Assembly: GCA_015680685.1 (NCBI GenBank)
Contig: MNCI01000813.1
Span: forward strand, 93,325 to 157,324
DNA length: 64,000 nucleotides
Direction: 5' to 3'
DNA from: Gnetum montanum
Taxonomy: Eukaryota > Plantae > Gnetophyta
Both the position numbers and the translations under genes were made by a program. A model generated the notes under the pieces. The model did no database searches. It was not told the DNA's origin and was given only the letters and a program-made list of their open reading frames with translations. Shown one piece after another: positions 40,121-51,699 of the stretch (the first letter of the stretch is position 1; every line of letters starts with the position of its first letter).

Positions 40121-43100
40121 ACAATCCAGAACTTAGGCACCAGTACCAACGTCAGAGTCGGGTGGCCAGTATGAGGACGGCCAAGAATAGAGCTACGATC
40201 AACCCACCTGAAAATTCCCAGAAATGAGACCAACAACGACAGACCGAGGTGGAGGAGATGCCAGGAACAAGAGATGATCACATCAGCATCATAGGAGGGC
40301 AACAGCAGACCTCCCATGCGTAGTCACCAACCCAGCCGCAGCTCTGGATTGAAGGCGCATCCATGGATCATCCGACGAGCATTGCCCAGATAATCGCAAA
40401 AAATCAACGTCACCTGGTGGTCGGGCGAGGGTGGCTAGGTACTAGCAAAAACCTTGTTAGTGAGAACATGCATCCCAGAGAAACTTCCCCTAGAAGGTAG
40501 CCATGGGGGATGGGGGTGGCGTCATGGGGGGGGGGGGGAGTTTTTTGGGAGTGTACACTAAATTGTGGACGAGGCAGGGTCGGCCGCCTACCGATGTGGA
40601 TGCCCATGGTAGGGGTGGCCCTTGGGGATTTTTCAGATGATTTTCCTTGCCTGGAGTGGGGTCAGCGACCCTGGCCTACGCTGTACAGCTGTATAGCCCC
40701 TTTTTTTGGAATATAAATTCTCTTGACATTTTCTGAAAAAAAGGCATTACATCTAGGATAAATCATTATATTTTGTAATTTTCTAATACAAGTTCATTTC
40801 TACACCATTTGAACTTGTGCACAAGAATAGCCTTAATTAACATGTCAATTGGATTTTCTGAATAATAAGAACTTTTACAAAAGAAATATTTCTTTTTTCA
40901 ATATGATCTTGTATGAAATGATAATAAATCAAAATATGCTTTATGTTTATATGAAACTTAGGATTCTTTGATAGGAAGATCACACTTTAATTATCATGAA
41001 AGATTTCTATTTTCTTTTACTCTTACCCAAAGTCATTATATCGAAATTGCTTCCTTACTTTCTTGAGAAGCTACTATATAATTAGTTCAATTAATGATAT
41101 TGCAAAGTAACTTCATGTTTTACTAATCTTGCTAACAACACCTATGTTCATTTTAATGTTGAATTTGCTTGTTGATTTTTTGTGATCAAGATGATCATCC
41201 AAATTAGCATCCACAAAGCCATGCACTCTAAAGGAGATTTTCTCATAACAATGATAACATTAATAGTACCTCAAAGATACCTAAGATTTTAACTATCAAA
41301 AGCTTCTTTTTAAGATTAGACATAAACTTACTTACAGATCCTAGTACATATTCAATAATAGATCTAATATACAACATTGCATACATGAGGTTGCCTATAA
41401 CATTAGCATAGGGAATTTTTCTCATTATCTATATTTCTTCATTTTTTCTAGGGCATTTCTTTATGAATAATTTTATGCCCATAGATAATGGAGCATTTAT
41501 GGTCTTACAATGTTGCATATTAATTTTTTTTCAAACTTTTATTAATATGTGTATATTGACTAAGCCATAAATTTTGACCTTTTCTATCTCTTTTAATTTC
41601 CATGTCCAAGACTTATCTTGTAGAACCAAGGTCCTTTATTTCAAATTAAGATGAAAGCTAACATTTTAAGTCAAAAATTTCTTACATATTATCTACTACT
41701 ATGAACATATCATTAACATACAAGAGAAATATCAAATAGATTTATGAATCTTTATTTAAGTACATGCAAGGATCATTATCAGACCTTACAAAACCAAACC
41801 TTATCATGCAAGAATCAAATTTTTTATACTACAACCTAGGGGATTGTTTTAACCCATACAAGGATTTTAGCAAGTGGCATACCATGTTCTACTTGATTTT
41901 AATCACATAACCTTTAGGTTGTCACATGTATATTGCTTGATCAATATTTTCATGAAGAAATGTAATCTTAACATTTATTTGAACTCAAGATCTAAAGTAG
42001 CCACAAAAGAAAGAAATAATCTTATAGAGGATATCTTTACCACTACTGATAGAGGTCTAGCTGGTTGTGGTCAATGGAATTATATCATATGGAACATAGT
42101 GCGATCTAGTCATCAAATTTTGAAGATAGTGTTAATAAGAATTTCAAAGAACACTTATGTATATCATTGTATTTAATAAATGTAAAGAGATATGATACAT
42201 ATAATATATAAGAAACTTGTATTTCCATGATTAAAAAGTAGAGTTATATTCATGATTTTATATTTTATAAATTTTATAAAAAATAATAAAACAATAAATA
42301 ACACATATATATTTTAATCCCTTTTAGGATAAGTGGCAATGCTTACATAGGCATACAGTCATAAGTTGTATTTCCTTAATGGACATTTGTAACACATCAC
42401 ATGAAAAGCATAAAATGGCTCTTAGTCATAACCTCTTTCGATAAGGATGAATCATTGTAGCTCATTGAATATACAAATGAATTAATAATTTAATTAATTA
42501 ATGCATTTGATAAGCATGAAGTTCATATTTTTGGTGTTTTAATAGTTTAAGGAATCCACATCACAAAACATAAGAAAAATCATGAGTTTTATTCACCATG
42601 CATAATGTTGAATTTCACATTAACTAAACAATCTTGGGCTATGACAGCAAAGTAGCACTTTGACAAAGTTTAGATACACTTGTAAAACTGATGACTCAAA
42701 AATATATATAATAGAAAGGAAATTATACTTACCTAAGGAAGGAGGAGTTCTTCATATAAAACCAAATTCAAAAGCCCTAGAAGTCTCAAAATGAAGTTTA
42801 AGATATAATGGTTATATGTAAAGAGCTCAACTGAGGTATTTGTAGTTTTTACAATAAAATGGTTTAGGTTCATTAGCACCTTGGTATCCATGGAGGACCA
42901 TCAATGCATCTTGGTAATTCCAAGTCATGATCTAGGTGGAGCTCGGCAATGTGGATTAGGTATGAGATGTGATGAGAGGCGAGGTGCCCCTACACTCAAC
43001 CATACGAGTACGAGCATAACACGTGCGATCTGGTCGAACTCCGCAGACTAAGTGCCTAAACAACCCATGGAACACTTAGGGTTAATCATTCGTTGTCTTC

Positions 43101-45509
43101 CTAGACTTACTTGTAGTTACAGTGTATGGTTAAGTAAGTCTGAGGGATATGATTTTTATAGTTTTTATGTTTTATCTCCTATGCTATTGAGGTGAAGGGT
43201 TGAAGAGACTAATTGCTAACTCTAACTAATGAACTAAGTCTAAATTACCTAGCATCAGCATCCATTCCCACTTACCATACACACCCTGAACCAATGCAAC
43301 CGTGGCTACCAAACACTAATCATTACTAGGATCACCACATGTAATGCACGTGCTCAAAGTGGTCATACTGATGCACTTAACTAGGAGGAAAGGGTTGAGA
43401 GAGAAAGTAGTAAATAATGAATAATAAATAATAGTAAATAAAATCCTAATTAGCCTATTCCATGCACTGCAAGGTTTATTCGAAAAGCTCGTCTTTATTT
43501 CCATACACAAACTTGTGTTGACGTACAATGTTTGCTCGAATAAAGATTTGTTCACTTTGGGACTCCTACTATGAGCACATAGAAAATATTCTATCTCTAG
43601 AGTGATCAATCTGCTAGAGTTTCCCTACTATCTAGCTTAGGATGAGGAAACAAGGAAAAGTCATCTCTTATTTATAGAATTTGCAACATACCATGATATC
43701 GCAACATGCGATATCGTGTCTCATCATACCCCGATGACTGAATGAAAAATCGTCCTTGAGTTCCTTACAATAATATCGGGAAGGTATGGGATTATTGACT
43801 CAAATAAAGCTAATGGGATGACATGTGAACGGATCATCATTACAAGACTTGACAAAACTAGTGTTCATGACAACAAGAGTGAACACCTTATTACATTGAC
43901 ATCGGGCCTCATTTGGCAGCTGAAAAAGAGAGAGAGAAAGAAGTGTTGCTGCTACCAATGCCAAGATAGCACCTTTCATTGTCCATCTATAAGCGCGCCA
44001 TCAATCTTACTCCTCGCATAGCTACTTTAGCGCTACTCCATTCCAAGTGTTCCTTCTAGATCCAATCCGTTGTCGCATGATTACCATCTGCACACACAAC
44101 ACAATCTTATATTAGCAAGGGTAAATGAATTTCAATGTAGTTGATACCTTGCTTCAGTGAAAGGTCTATTGGCTAGGTTGTGGTATGGCTGATTGCGGGT
44201 CTGGAGATATAATATTCGTGACTACCGAAGGTGTAGGGGTTAGGAAAAAATTGAAAAAATCAAGGCTAAGAGAAAATCAAAAAAATCGGGCCTCGTACCC
44301 CCATGACTAATTGCGAACCTCCAGGAGCAATAGAATGGAGAAAGAAAAAGAACAAGAAAGATAGAGAAAAAGAGACAACGATAACATCGATGAAATGGAT
44401 GTCATGATGGAAATGAACAAAAATGTTAATTAATTGCAAAACGTTAAGGAAAAGAATTTAACTAATGTTCCAAATAGGAATGTCAGTGGGTCCTCCCCAA
44501 AGCAGGATCATGCCCTTAATGCCTTGACAATCCCACATTCAAAAGAGTCTGTGGGCTCTGGGAATGTCATTTGGAACAAGAGTTAAATTCTTAACCATAA
44601 AAATTTACTAAGAAGAAAACAATGCATCAACCAAAATATACACTAATGATACAACCAGCAATGAGGTGAATAATGGAGACAAGGATGGTTAGAAGAGAAT
44701 GGAATGGAATCCCAAGAACAAGGTGGTGTACAGCCCCTTGTGTATTTTATGGTTAATGTGACTTAGCAATTCCCATTCCAAGTGACTTAGCAATTCCCAC
44801 CTCAAAAAAACCACTTACAGTGACTTCGCATCAATGCATTCAGTGAATTCATCCCCTTGAATAACAAGAATGCCTTTCCAAAGAGCCACCACCATTCCGA
44901 CAAAAAAAATAAGGAGAGAATGGGAAGTGAGAAGGGCCTTAGTTAGAGGGAACATTTTTTTTTCAATTCCATAATTAGTTCTTGTAGCCAAAGGGATTAT
45001 TTTTTCTAAGGGGTGTGCTTTGAATTCTCACTTTTTTCTTTCTTCTCTTTTTTTTTGTTTTTTTTTNNNNNNNNNNNNNNNNNNNNNNNNNNNNNNNNNN
45101 NNNNNNNNNNNNNNNNNNNNNNNNNNNNNNNNNNNNNNNNNNNNNNNNNNNNNNNNNNNNNNNNNNNNNNNNNNNNNNNNNNNNNNNNNNNNNNNNNNNN
45201 NNNNNNNATGGATGAAGTGAACTCATTTCCTACCATATCAAAAGAACATACCTTAGTATCAACATCATGACTTAAGGTAAAAATCAAACATTAGCAATCA
45301 ATATAAAAAATAGTTCATACCATCATTTCAAACACTTATTGGGTGACAAACTTACATGGTGGATAACACACACGCACACACACACACACACACATAAAAT
45401 GAAAAAGTATAACATGTGTGTATGTATGTAAAACAAAAATAAGAAAAGTTAAAGAAATGTGTAAAAAAAAAATGGAAAAGTTAAGGAAATTTGTAAAAAA
45501 AAAATGTAT

Positions 45510-45630
45510 AAGACAAAAACGTGTAAAACAAAAACGTGTAAAACAAAAACCTTGTAAAACAAAAATGTGTAAAACAAAAACGTGGAAAACAAAAACGTTG
45601 TAAAACAAAAATGTGTAAAACAAAAACATG
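45510..45630. repeat. 15-bp tandem repeat AAAACAAAAACGTGT (about 8 units)
   Basis: Direct reading; lies just downstream of the Gag-PR stop of element B. Confidence 0.95.
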
Positions 45631-45668
45631 AAAAAAAAAACTCAAAAAGAACTGAGGACCCCAAATGG

Positions 45669-48600
45669 TTAGCATAGGTGGCCATCTCCCCCATGATTGA
45701 ATGGAAATGGAGAGATCCGAAATAATGAATGTTTGTTTGAATTTATAAGAAGTGTCCAACTTCTCCCAATTGATGATCTTAGATTAAGGGGTGGAAGTTG
45801 ACGATGCTCATATTCCAACGTATCTATGCCTTCGTTGCCAGCATGAGTTTCCTTAGTTCGTTCCATGCATATTTGGTTTCTCTTTCAAGTAGCTCTCAAC
45901 CACGGCATATCTACTATTTGTTGTATGGTTTCTACATACAGGCATCTTTGTTTCAAAGTTTTAAGGACATACCTATTGCATGGAGGAGATGTTATGCATT
46001 CCTCCATGTCATCACCCGATGAATCATTATATGTGATGCATGGAACATTCCTCTTTTCGATATTTCCATATATGTTTAGCTTAGATATTTCCAAGGAAAG
46101 ATCGCGGATCCTAAGGCATGCGTCTACTGTACTCAGCCATGCCCTTCCCATTATAATTTGGAAGTCCTCTTCGTTGTTGTTTACTTCGATCACTAGGAAA
46201 TCAGCTGGGTAAGACCAACCACACACAGTGGTAACGATGACCTCCACCAATCCCAAGGGAATGGTGATTGACTGGTCTGCCAACTCAAGTTGGATGTTGC
46301 TCTTCTTAAGTTGGGGCATGTTCTAGGCATGATACATCTCTTGTGAAATTAAGTTGACTCCAGAACCTGAGTCAAGAAGAGCCTTATGTGGTTCATTTTT
46401 AGTGACTTGTAAATAGATTAAGGAATTCCTAGGGTCAGTTAGTTTCTTAGGAAGGTGACATACCTTGATCCACTTGGTTATGGTATGTGTTAACATAACC
46501 GTATGCATTAAGCTCTATTGTTGGATGGAAGGGAGCACTGAAGTGTTAGATGGTGGAGGAGTGTACATGGGCTCAACCGCTTGTTGTTCTGAGAGCTTGT
46601 CTAGGCTTCTGGTTCTAAAGAAAGGTCTTCTCTTTTTACAGTTATCAGAACCAGCAGTGGGTTGAATGTTTACGGCTCTCATAGTGTGGCGTTGCTGTAG
46701 TTGAGTAGGGAGTTCCCCTTGCATTGTTGGAGCAGGAGGTGTTATGGGAACTATCAGTGGAAGAGGTGCAGATGGATTTGGAGGATGGTATGGGTATGGA
46801 GCATCTCCCAGGGGAGAAGGAGTCTGTCTAAAGTACTTCCAAACTTGGTAGTGACATTGGGGAGTTGTGGGACCCATAGAGTCACTTGGAGAAATCGGTT
46901 GCTACACGTAATAACTATATGGATCGGGCTACTGGTAAGGGTATTGTTGTTTCAGTGGTGGCATCCCTCATGACTGTGGGTANAGTAAGGGTATTGTTGT
47001 TTCAGTGGTGGCATCCCTCATGACTGTGGGTATTGCCACTGCTGATGCTATTCGATGGGTTGTGGTGGAGTTCCACTTTGAGAGTACGTTAATGGTTGGT
47101 GGAACTGACTTGGGTTATCTTAAGGATAAGGTAACCTTTAGGGTGTATGTCGTTTGTTGAGTCTCGTGTTGAGTGCATACAGCCCAGACTCTTGTAGATG
47201 TGAGATAATTGAACAACATCCCTTAGGATGGTCATATTAGCAGATCTCACATCCACCATCATCTTCTTTGTCTGAGTCCATAACCTCATTGGAGATATTC
47301 ATTTTTCCCTTACCCTTGTCACGTGTAGGGCCTAAATCTCTCCGCTTTGTCTTACCTTTGTCACTACTTCGTTCCTCCTTAGACTCTTCTATAATATTTA
47401 GGATAGTTTCAATTTTACTATCTAAGGAGCTCCATACTTCATCTACCTTAGTCGTTACTTCTGTTGTTAGCTTCTGAAGTGGCAAGGTTTTTCTATTCAC
47501 CAACTCTTCGATTGGTGACTCATCCTCTTCATCGCAAAATTTCAATCCCTTCTTTCAAAGGGAGGGGTCGCGGTTGTATTCTTCCACACTTTCCCTTTTT
47601 TGTAGCTCACCTTCTTCTTTTACTACTTGTTCCAACAATCGATGAATCTTATGGACTCTAAGTTTTGCTAATCTTCCTTGGGCATAGGTCCCAAGGGTTC
47701 TCCTAGTCTCATACCTTAGCCCATCTACGATGTGGTGGAGTTGATCCCACTATGCGTAACCATGGCTCGAGCAACGATGTAATAATGTGTAGTAGTGGCC
47801 CATGGTAGCATTCAAGGGTTCTTGAATACTTTGCTTCCATCCTTGGATCTGCTTACGCAAATTGGACACTTTGGAGTACGTTTGATACTTATCTTTGAAG
47901 AGTTCTAGCATCATACCCCAACTCCTAATGGTCTCCAGTTCTAAGGACTGGTACCAACTCTCTGCTTCCTTGGTGAGTATCCTGGGAAACAACTTAAGTT
48001 TTTTCCACTGGTTTTCTATATTTTGCAAGGCACAGGCATCTTGGAATGCTTGTAAATGATGTTGTGGATCAGCGTTGTATCTCCCTTCGAAACGTGGGAC
48101 GTTATTCATGTCTAAATGCTTGATTCGACTATCTTTTAAATGCCTTGTTGGGATTCTTACTGCCTCCGTTATGTCAAGCATACTTCGGGTTGCAAGTAGG
48201 GGCTCATCATGATCATCTCTTTCATGATGCCTGTGATGTCTTCGTCATTCCCTACTTTCCCTTCCTTCATGCCCTTGTCCTCTCTCTCGACTCTCTCGTT
48301 GAGGTCTCTCATTTTTCTTACCTTTATCCTCTCTGTTATGCTCTTTGTGATTATGCCCAGAGGTGGAAGGAGAGGGTAAGTGATGTGAAGAAGGAGAAGA
48401 AGAAGAAGAACCATCGCCATGATGATGTTTCTTACCTTCTCTTCTGTGGCTTTGGCCCCAATTGTGGTGACGATCTAAGTGCCCATCCTTATCATGAGTT
48501 GTTGTTCCCTCTGTGAACAGTTGGCATTCATGGGGATCAGTACCAGTGTTATGTATCATTGATCGTAGGTTTTGATACCCAACCTCCTCACTTTTGTTAG

Positions 48601-49060
48601 GAGGGGGAATATCCTTTGATAGTGAACCCGTCATAAGTGGTTCACCATATGCTATTTCACTAAGGACGTGCAGGACCTCTTTGCCCTTCAACAGTGTATG
48701 TTGGCTATCCTGCCTTGAGTCCCTCATACATTGCAAGGCTATAGGATAGTAATCCCTTGAGTTAAAATTTGCTACAATGTATTCAGCATATAATTCTGTC
48801 ATGCCAATCTATGCTAAAGCACAGAGAAGCATGTGAGGGACTAATCGATCTGGAGGTAACACAATGCTACCTTGCAAATCCCTCCAGCACATATGTTCAT
48901 CTTGATGGAGGATAAAAGTAAAATTAGGTATATACTCATTGGGATAACTATATGTCAATCTATATTGTTGAGGAACCAGCTGATTTAGGTTCTGTGTTTT
49001 TGATTGCCAACTTTCCTTTGTATTATCCCTAGGTGAAGTGCTCTTGTGAGAAGAAGACAT
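45669..49060 (-). pseudogene. Single Gag-protease ORF of element B (N-terminal extension, capsid, zinc knuckle, protease)
   Basis: ORF pieces starting at 49060, 48802, 48181 and 47545 share one frame. Pieces starting at 46877, 46508, 46319 and 45866 share another; the shift coincides with the assembly duplication at N46983. Motifs: VPRFEG..PQHHLQAF..LKLFPRIL..AESWY; ALLDSGSGVNLI; ADFLVI..IIMGRAWL. Confidence 0.9.
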
Positions 49061-51699
49061 TGTTATCTATTAGTGTGCTCTTTAACCATTATATAAGTTT
49101 TTTTCATTTGATTAACCCGAAGGTTCATTTAGGCTCCCAACGATGTAAGTGATATCCTATGTTCTATTTAGCGCAGAAACACTTAGTCCCTAGCAATGGC
49201 ACCAATGATGAGTGGCGAGGTACCCCTACACTCAACCATACTAATACGAGCGTAACACGTGTGATTCGATCAAACTCCGTAGAATAAGTGCCTACATGCC
49301 CCATGGAACACTTAGAGTTAATCATTCATTGTCTTCCCAGACTTACTTGTAGTTGTCACGGTGTATGGTTAAGTAAGTCTGAGTTATATGATTTTTATAG
49401 TTTTTATGTTTTATCTACTATGCTATTGAGGTGAAGGGTTGAAGAGACTAATTGCTAACTCTAACTAATGAACTAAGTCTAAATTACCTAGCATCAGCAT
49501 TCATTCCCACTTACCATACACACCCTGAACCGATGCAACCATGGCTCCCAAATGCTAATCGTTGCTAGGATCACCATGCGTAACGTACGTGCTCGAAGTG
49601 GTCGTATTGAGGCACTTAACTAGGAGGAAAGGGTTGAGAGAGAAAGTAGTCAATAAATAATAATAAATAATAGTAAATAAAATCCTAATTAGCCTATTCC
49701 ATGCACTGCAAGGTTTATCCAAAAAGCTTGTCTTTATTGCCATACACAAACTTGTGTTTAGGTATAATGTTTGCTCGAATAAAGATCCATTCACTTTGGG
49801 ACTCCTACTATGGGCACATGGAAAATATTCTATCTCTGGAGTGATCAATCTACCAGATTTTCCCTACTGTCTAGCCTAGGATGAGAAAATAAGGGAGAGC
49901 CACCTCTTATTTATAGAATTTATGGCATACCACGATATCGTGTACGCAATATCGTAGGGGATGACATGATATCGTGTCTCATCAAGATGGGTTAACACCC
50001 CTATGCTAATTTAAGGAGTGTAATCACCTCCCCCAAACCCCACATCTAGCACTAACTACTAGTTCTCGATTAAAGCTAAAACAAAGGAAAACACATCCTA
50101 ATGATCATAGGATGTTTGAACAAGGTCAAAAGCATCCTAAATAACTTAAAACATAAACAAAACATAAAAGATAACATAAGAAGTAAAGGTGTAAGCTTAG
50201 GGAGATACAAATCTCAATTGAATATGCTAAGACTATAAACATAGGGTGTACATGACACTTCTTGAGTCCAATTGACTTACAAAATACTAGTGGACAACTC
50301 ATCATTTCTCCACAATAGAGTAAAGCTAGTTCCATATCTTTATCTTCTCAAAAGATACAATAGGGATCAAACACTTCATAAGGTTAATGCAGAGGAGTTA
50401 TAAATACAAAAAATGGACCATGACTATAGTACAATATAAGCCATCTTAATGAGAAGAGCTAGGGGATAGTGGCTAAGGATGAAATCACCGTAATGTACTT
50501 GTTTAATATGAGAAGAAATTTAAAATACAAGACATAGACATATGAAATCTCTACAGCTATGTCTTAATATCCATTACCCTAGCCTAGAGTTGTTTATTCT
50601 ATTAATAAATCAAGCCTTGCTCTTTGATGAGTGGCGAGGTACCCCTATCCTCAACCATATCAATCACAAGCATTTACACATGATTCGGTTAAATTCCATG
50701 GATAGGACTAGTTGTGGTATCTGGATCATTATGCTCTAATCTTAGTTCATTGTCTTTCCACTTGGACTAGTGGTAGCTTTGTCACATATGATTTAGTTCA
50801 AAGTGAGATGTATGATGTTGTCTAATTTCTATGCTACTCTGAATGATGACAAAGGGATGAATTAATTAAGCTACTGAACAATGGAAAATAATATCTAAAC
50901 TAGCCTATGTGTGATGAGTATCTACTCTTAATCATTCGTATACATCTTGGACTTCATGAGACTACTTCCAGGATTGCCAAGTGTATGTTAGTGGGTGTGC
51001 CAAATGATACACTTCTGGATTACCAAGTATCTACACTTAAACACTTGTGATTAAGGTGTATGCATTATACCTAATGATAGAAATTGTAAATAACAATAAA
51101 TGGAAACATTTAACTAAAGAAAATAGAAAATAATTAATAATTAAAAGAAATAATAATTTAAGTGGATGATGTAATGTTGGGAGTAATCTCGATCTTTATT
51201 GCTAGTCATGTAATGTGTCCAAGTACATCACACTCGAATAAAGGTGTCATACGATTACAAACATCACAATGTAGATATGAAGTGGGAATAACAGGACTCT
51301 AAGAAGACTATCAAAAACTAGAAACTAAAACTATCTTCCCTACTACTTATTACATGTCTCAATTGAGTGCCCAAGTGCTATATTTATAGGCAAACCTAGA
51401 GGAGATGACATTGGATATTTGACGTCACTTCTTGGCTCCAACATTGAGGCTTGACAAATTGATGACTCATCATATCCCCACAATTGAATGAAAACCATCC
51501 TCATGTTAAACAAAATGAGAAAAAAGTTCTTTATAAAATATTAAGAAGGTATGGGATTATTGACTGACTTAAATAATAAATAAAAAAATTGACTCTTGCA
51601 TGTTGTAGTGGTGTAATACAAAAAATGGAACACATTATCACAAAACAAGAATAAAACAAAAACTAGGAAGCTCAATGTGATGCCTGGAGGTGGTGGATC

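Larger units (their letters stand above)
35512..40740 (+). mobile_element. Full-length plant L1 LINE
   Basis: 14-bp TSD aaggaattacatct (35498-35511) / aaggcattacatct (40741-40754) with one mismatch; short A tail; ORF1 and ORF2 relics. Confidence 0.95.
34920..42046 (-). mobile_element. Ty1/Copia relic (RT-RNase H 40755-42046; probable 3' LTR ~34920-35460), split by the L1
   Basis: VVKISSIRLFLS; LYGLKQSP; LYVNDMFI; MRKIPYANVIGNLMYAML (41243-41425). Truncated at 42046 by an Athila LTR. Confidence 0.8.
42970..49984 (-). mobile_element. Athila-like element B: complete, non-autonomous (gag-protease only)
   Basis: LTRs 42970-43726 and 49206-49984; perfect TSD AGATG (42965-42969, 49985-49989); PBS ttggtgccattgctaggga (49187-49205); Athila-like 3' motif/PPT at 43727-43760; no RT, RH or INT in the 5.5-kb interior. 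Confidence 0.95.

Noticed and set aside
43316-43609. Hydrophobic ~97-aa ORF present in both LTRs of B (also 49555-49848)
   Set aside because: Duplicated simply because it lies in the LTR. It has a non-ATG start, sits in T-rich R/U5 sequence, and is not evidently conserved as a protein in A or C.
45336-45759. Repetitive F/C/V/K-rich ORFs on both strands
   Set aside because: Translations of the 15-bp tandem repeat.
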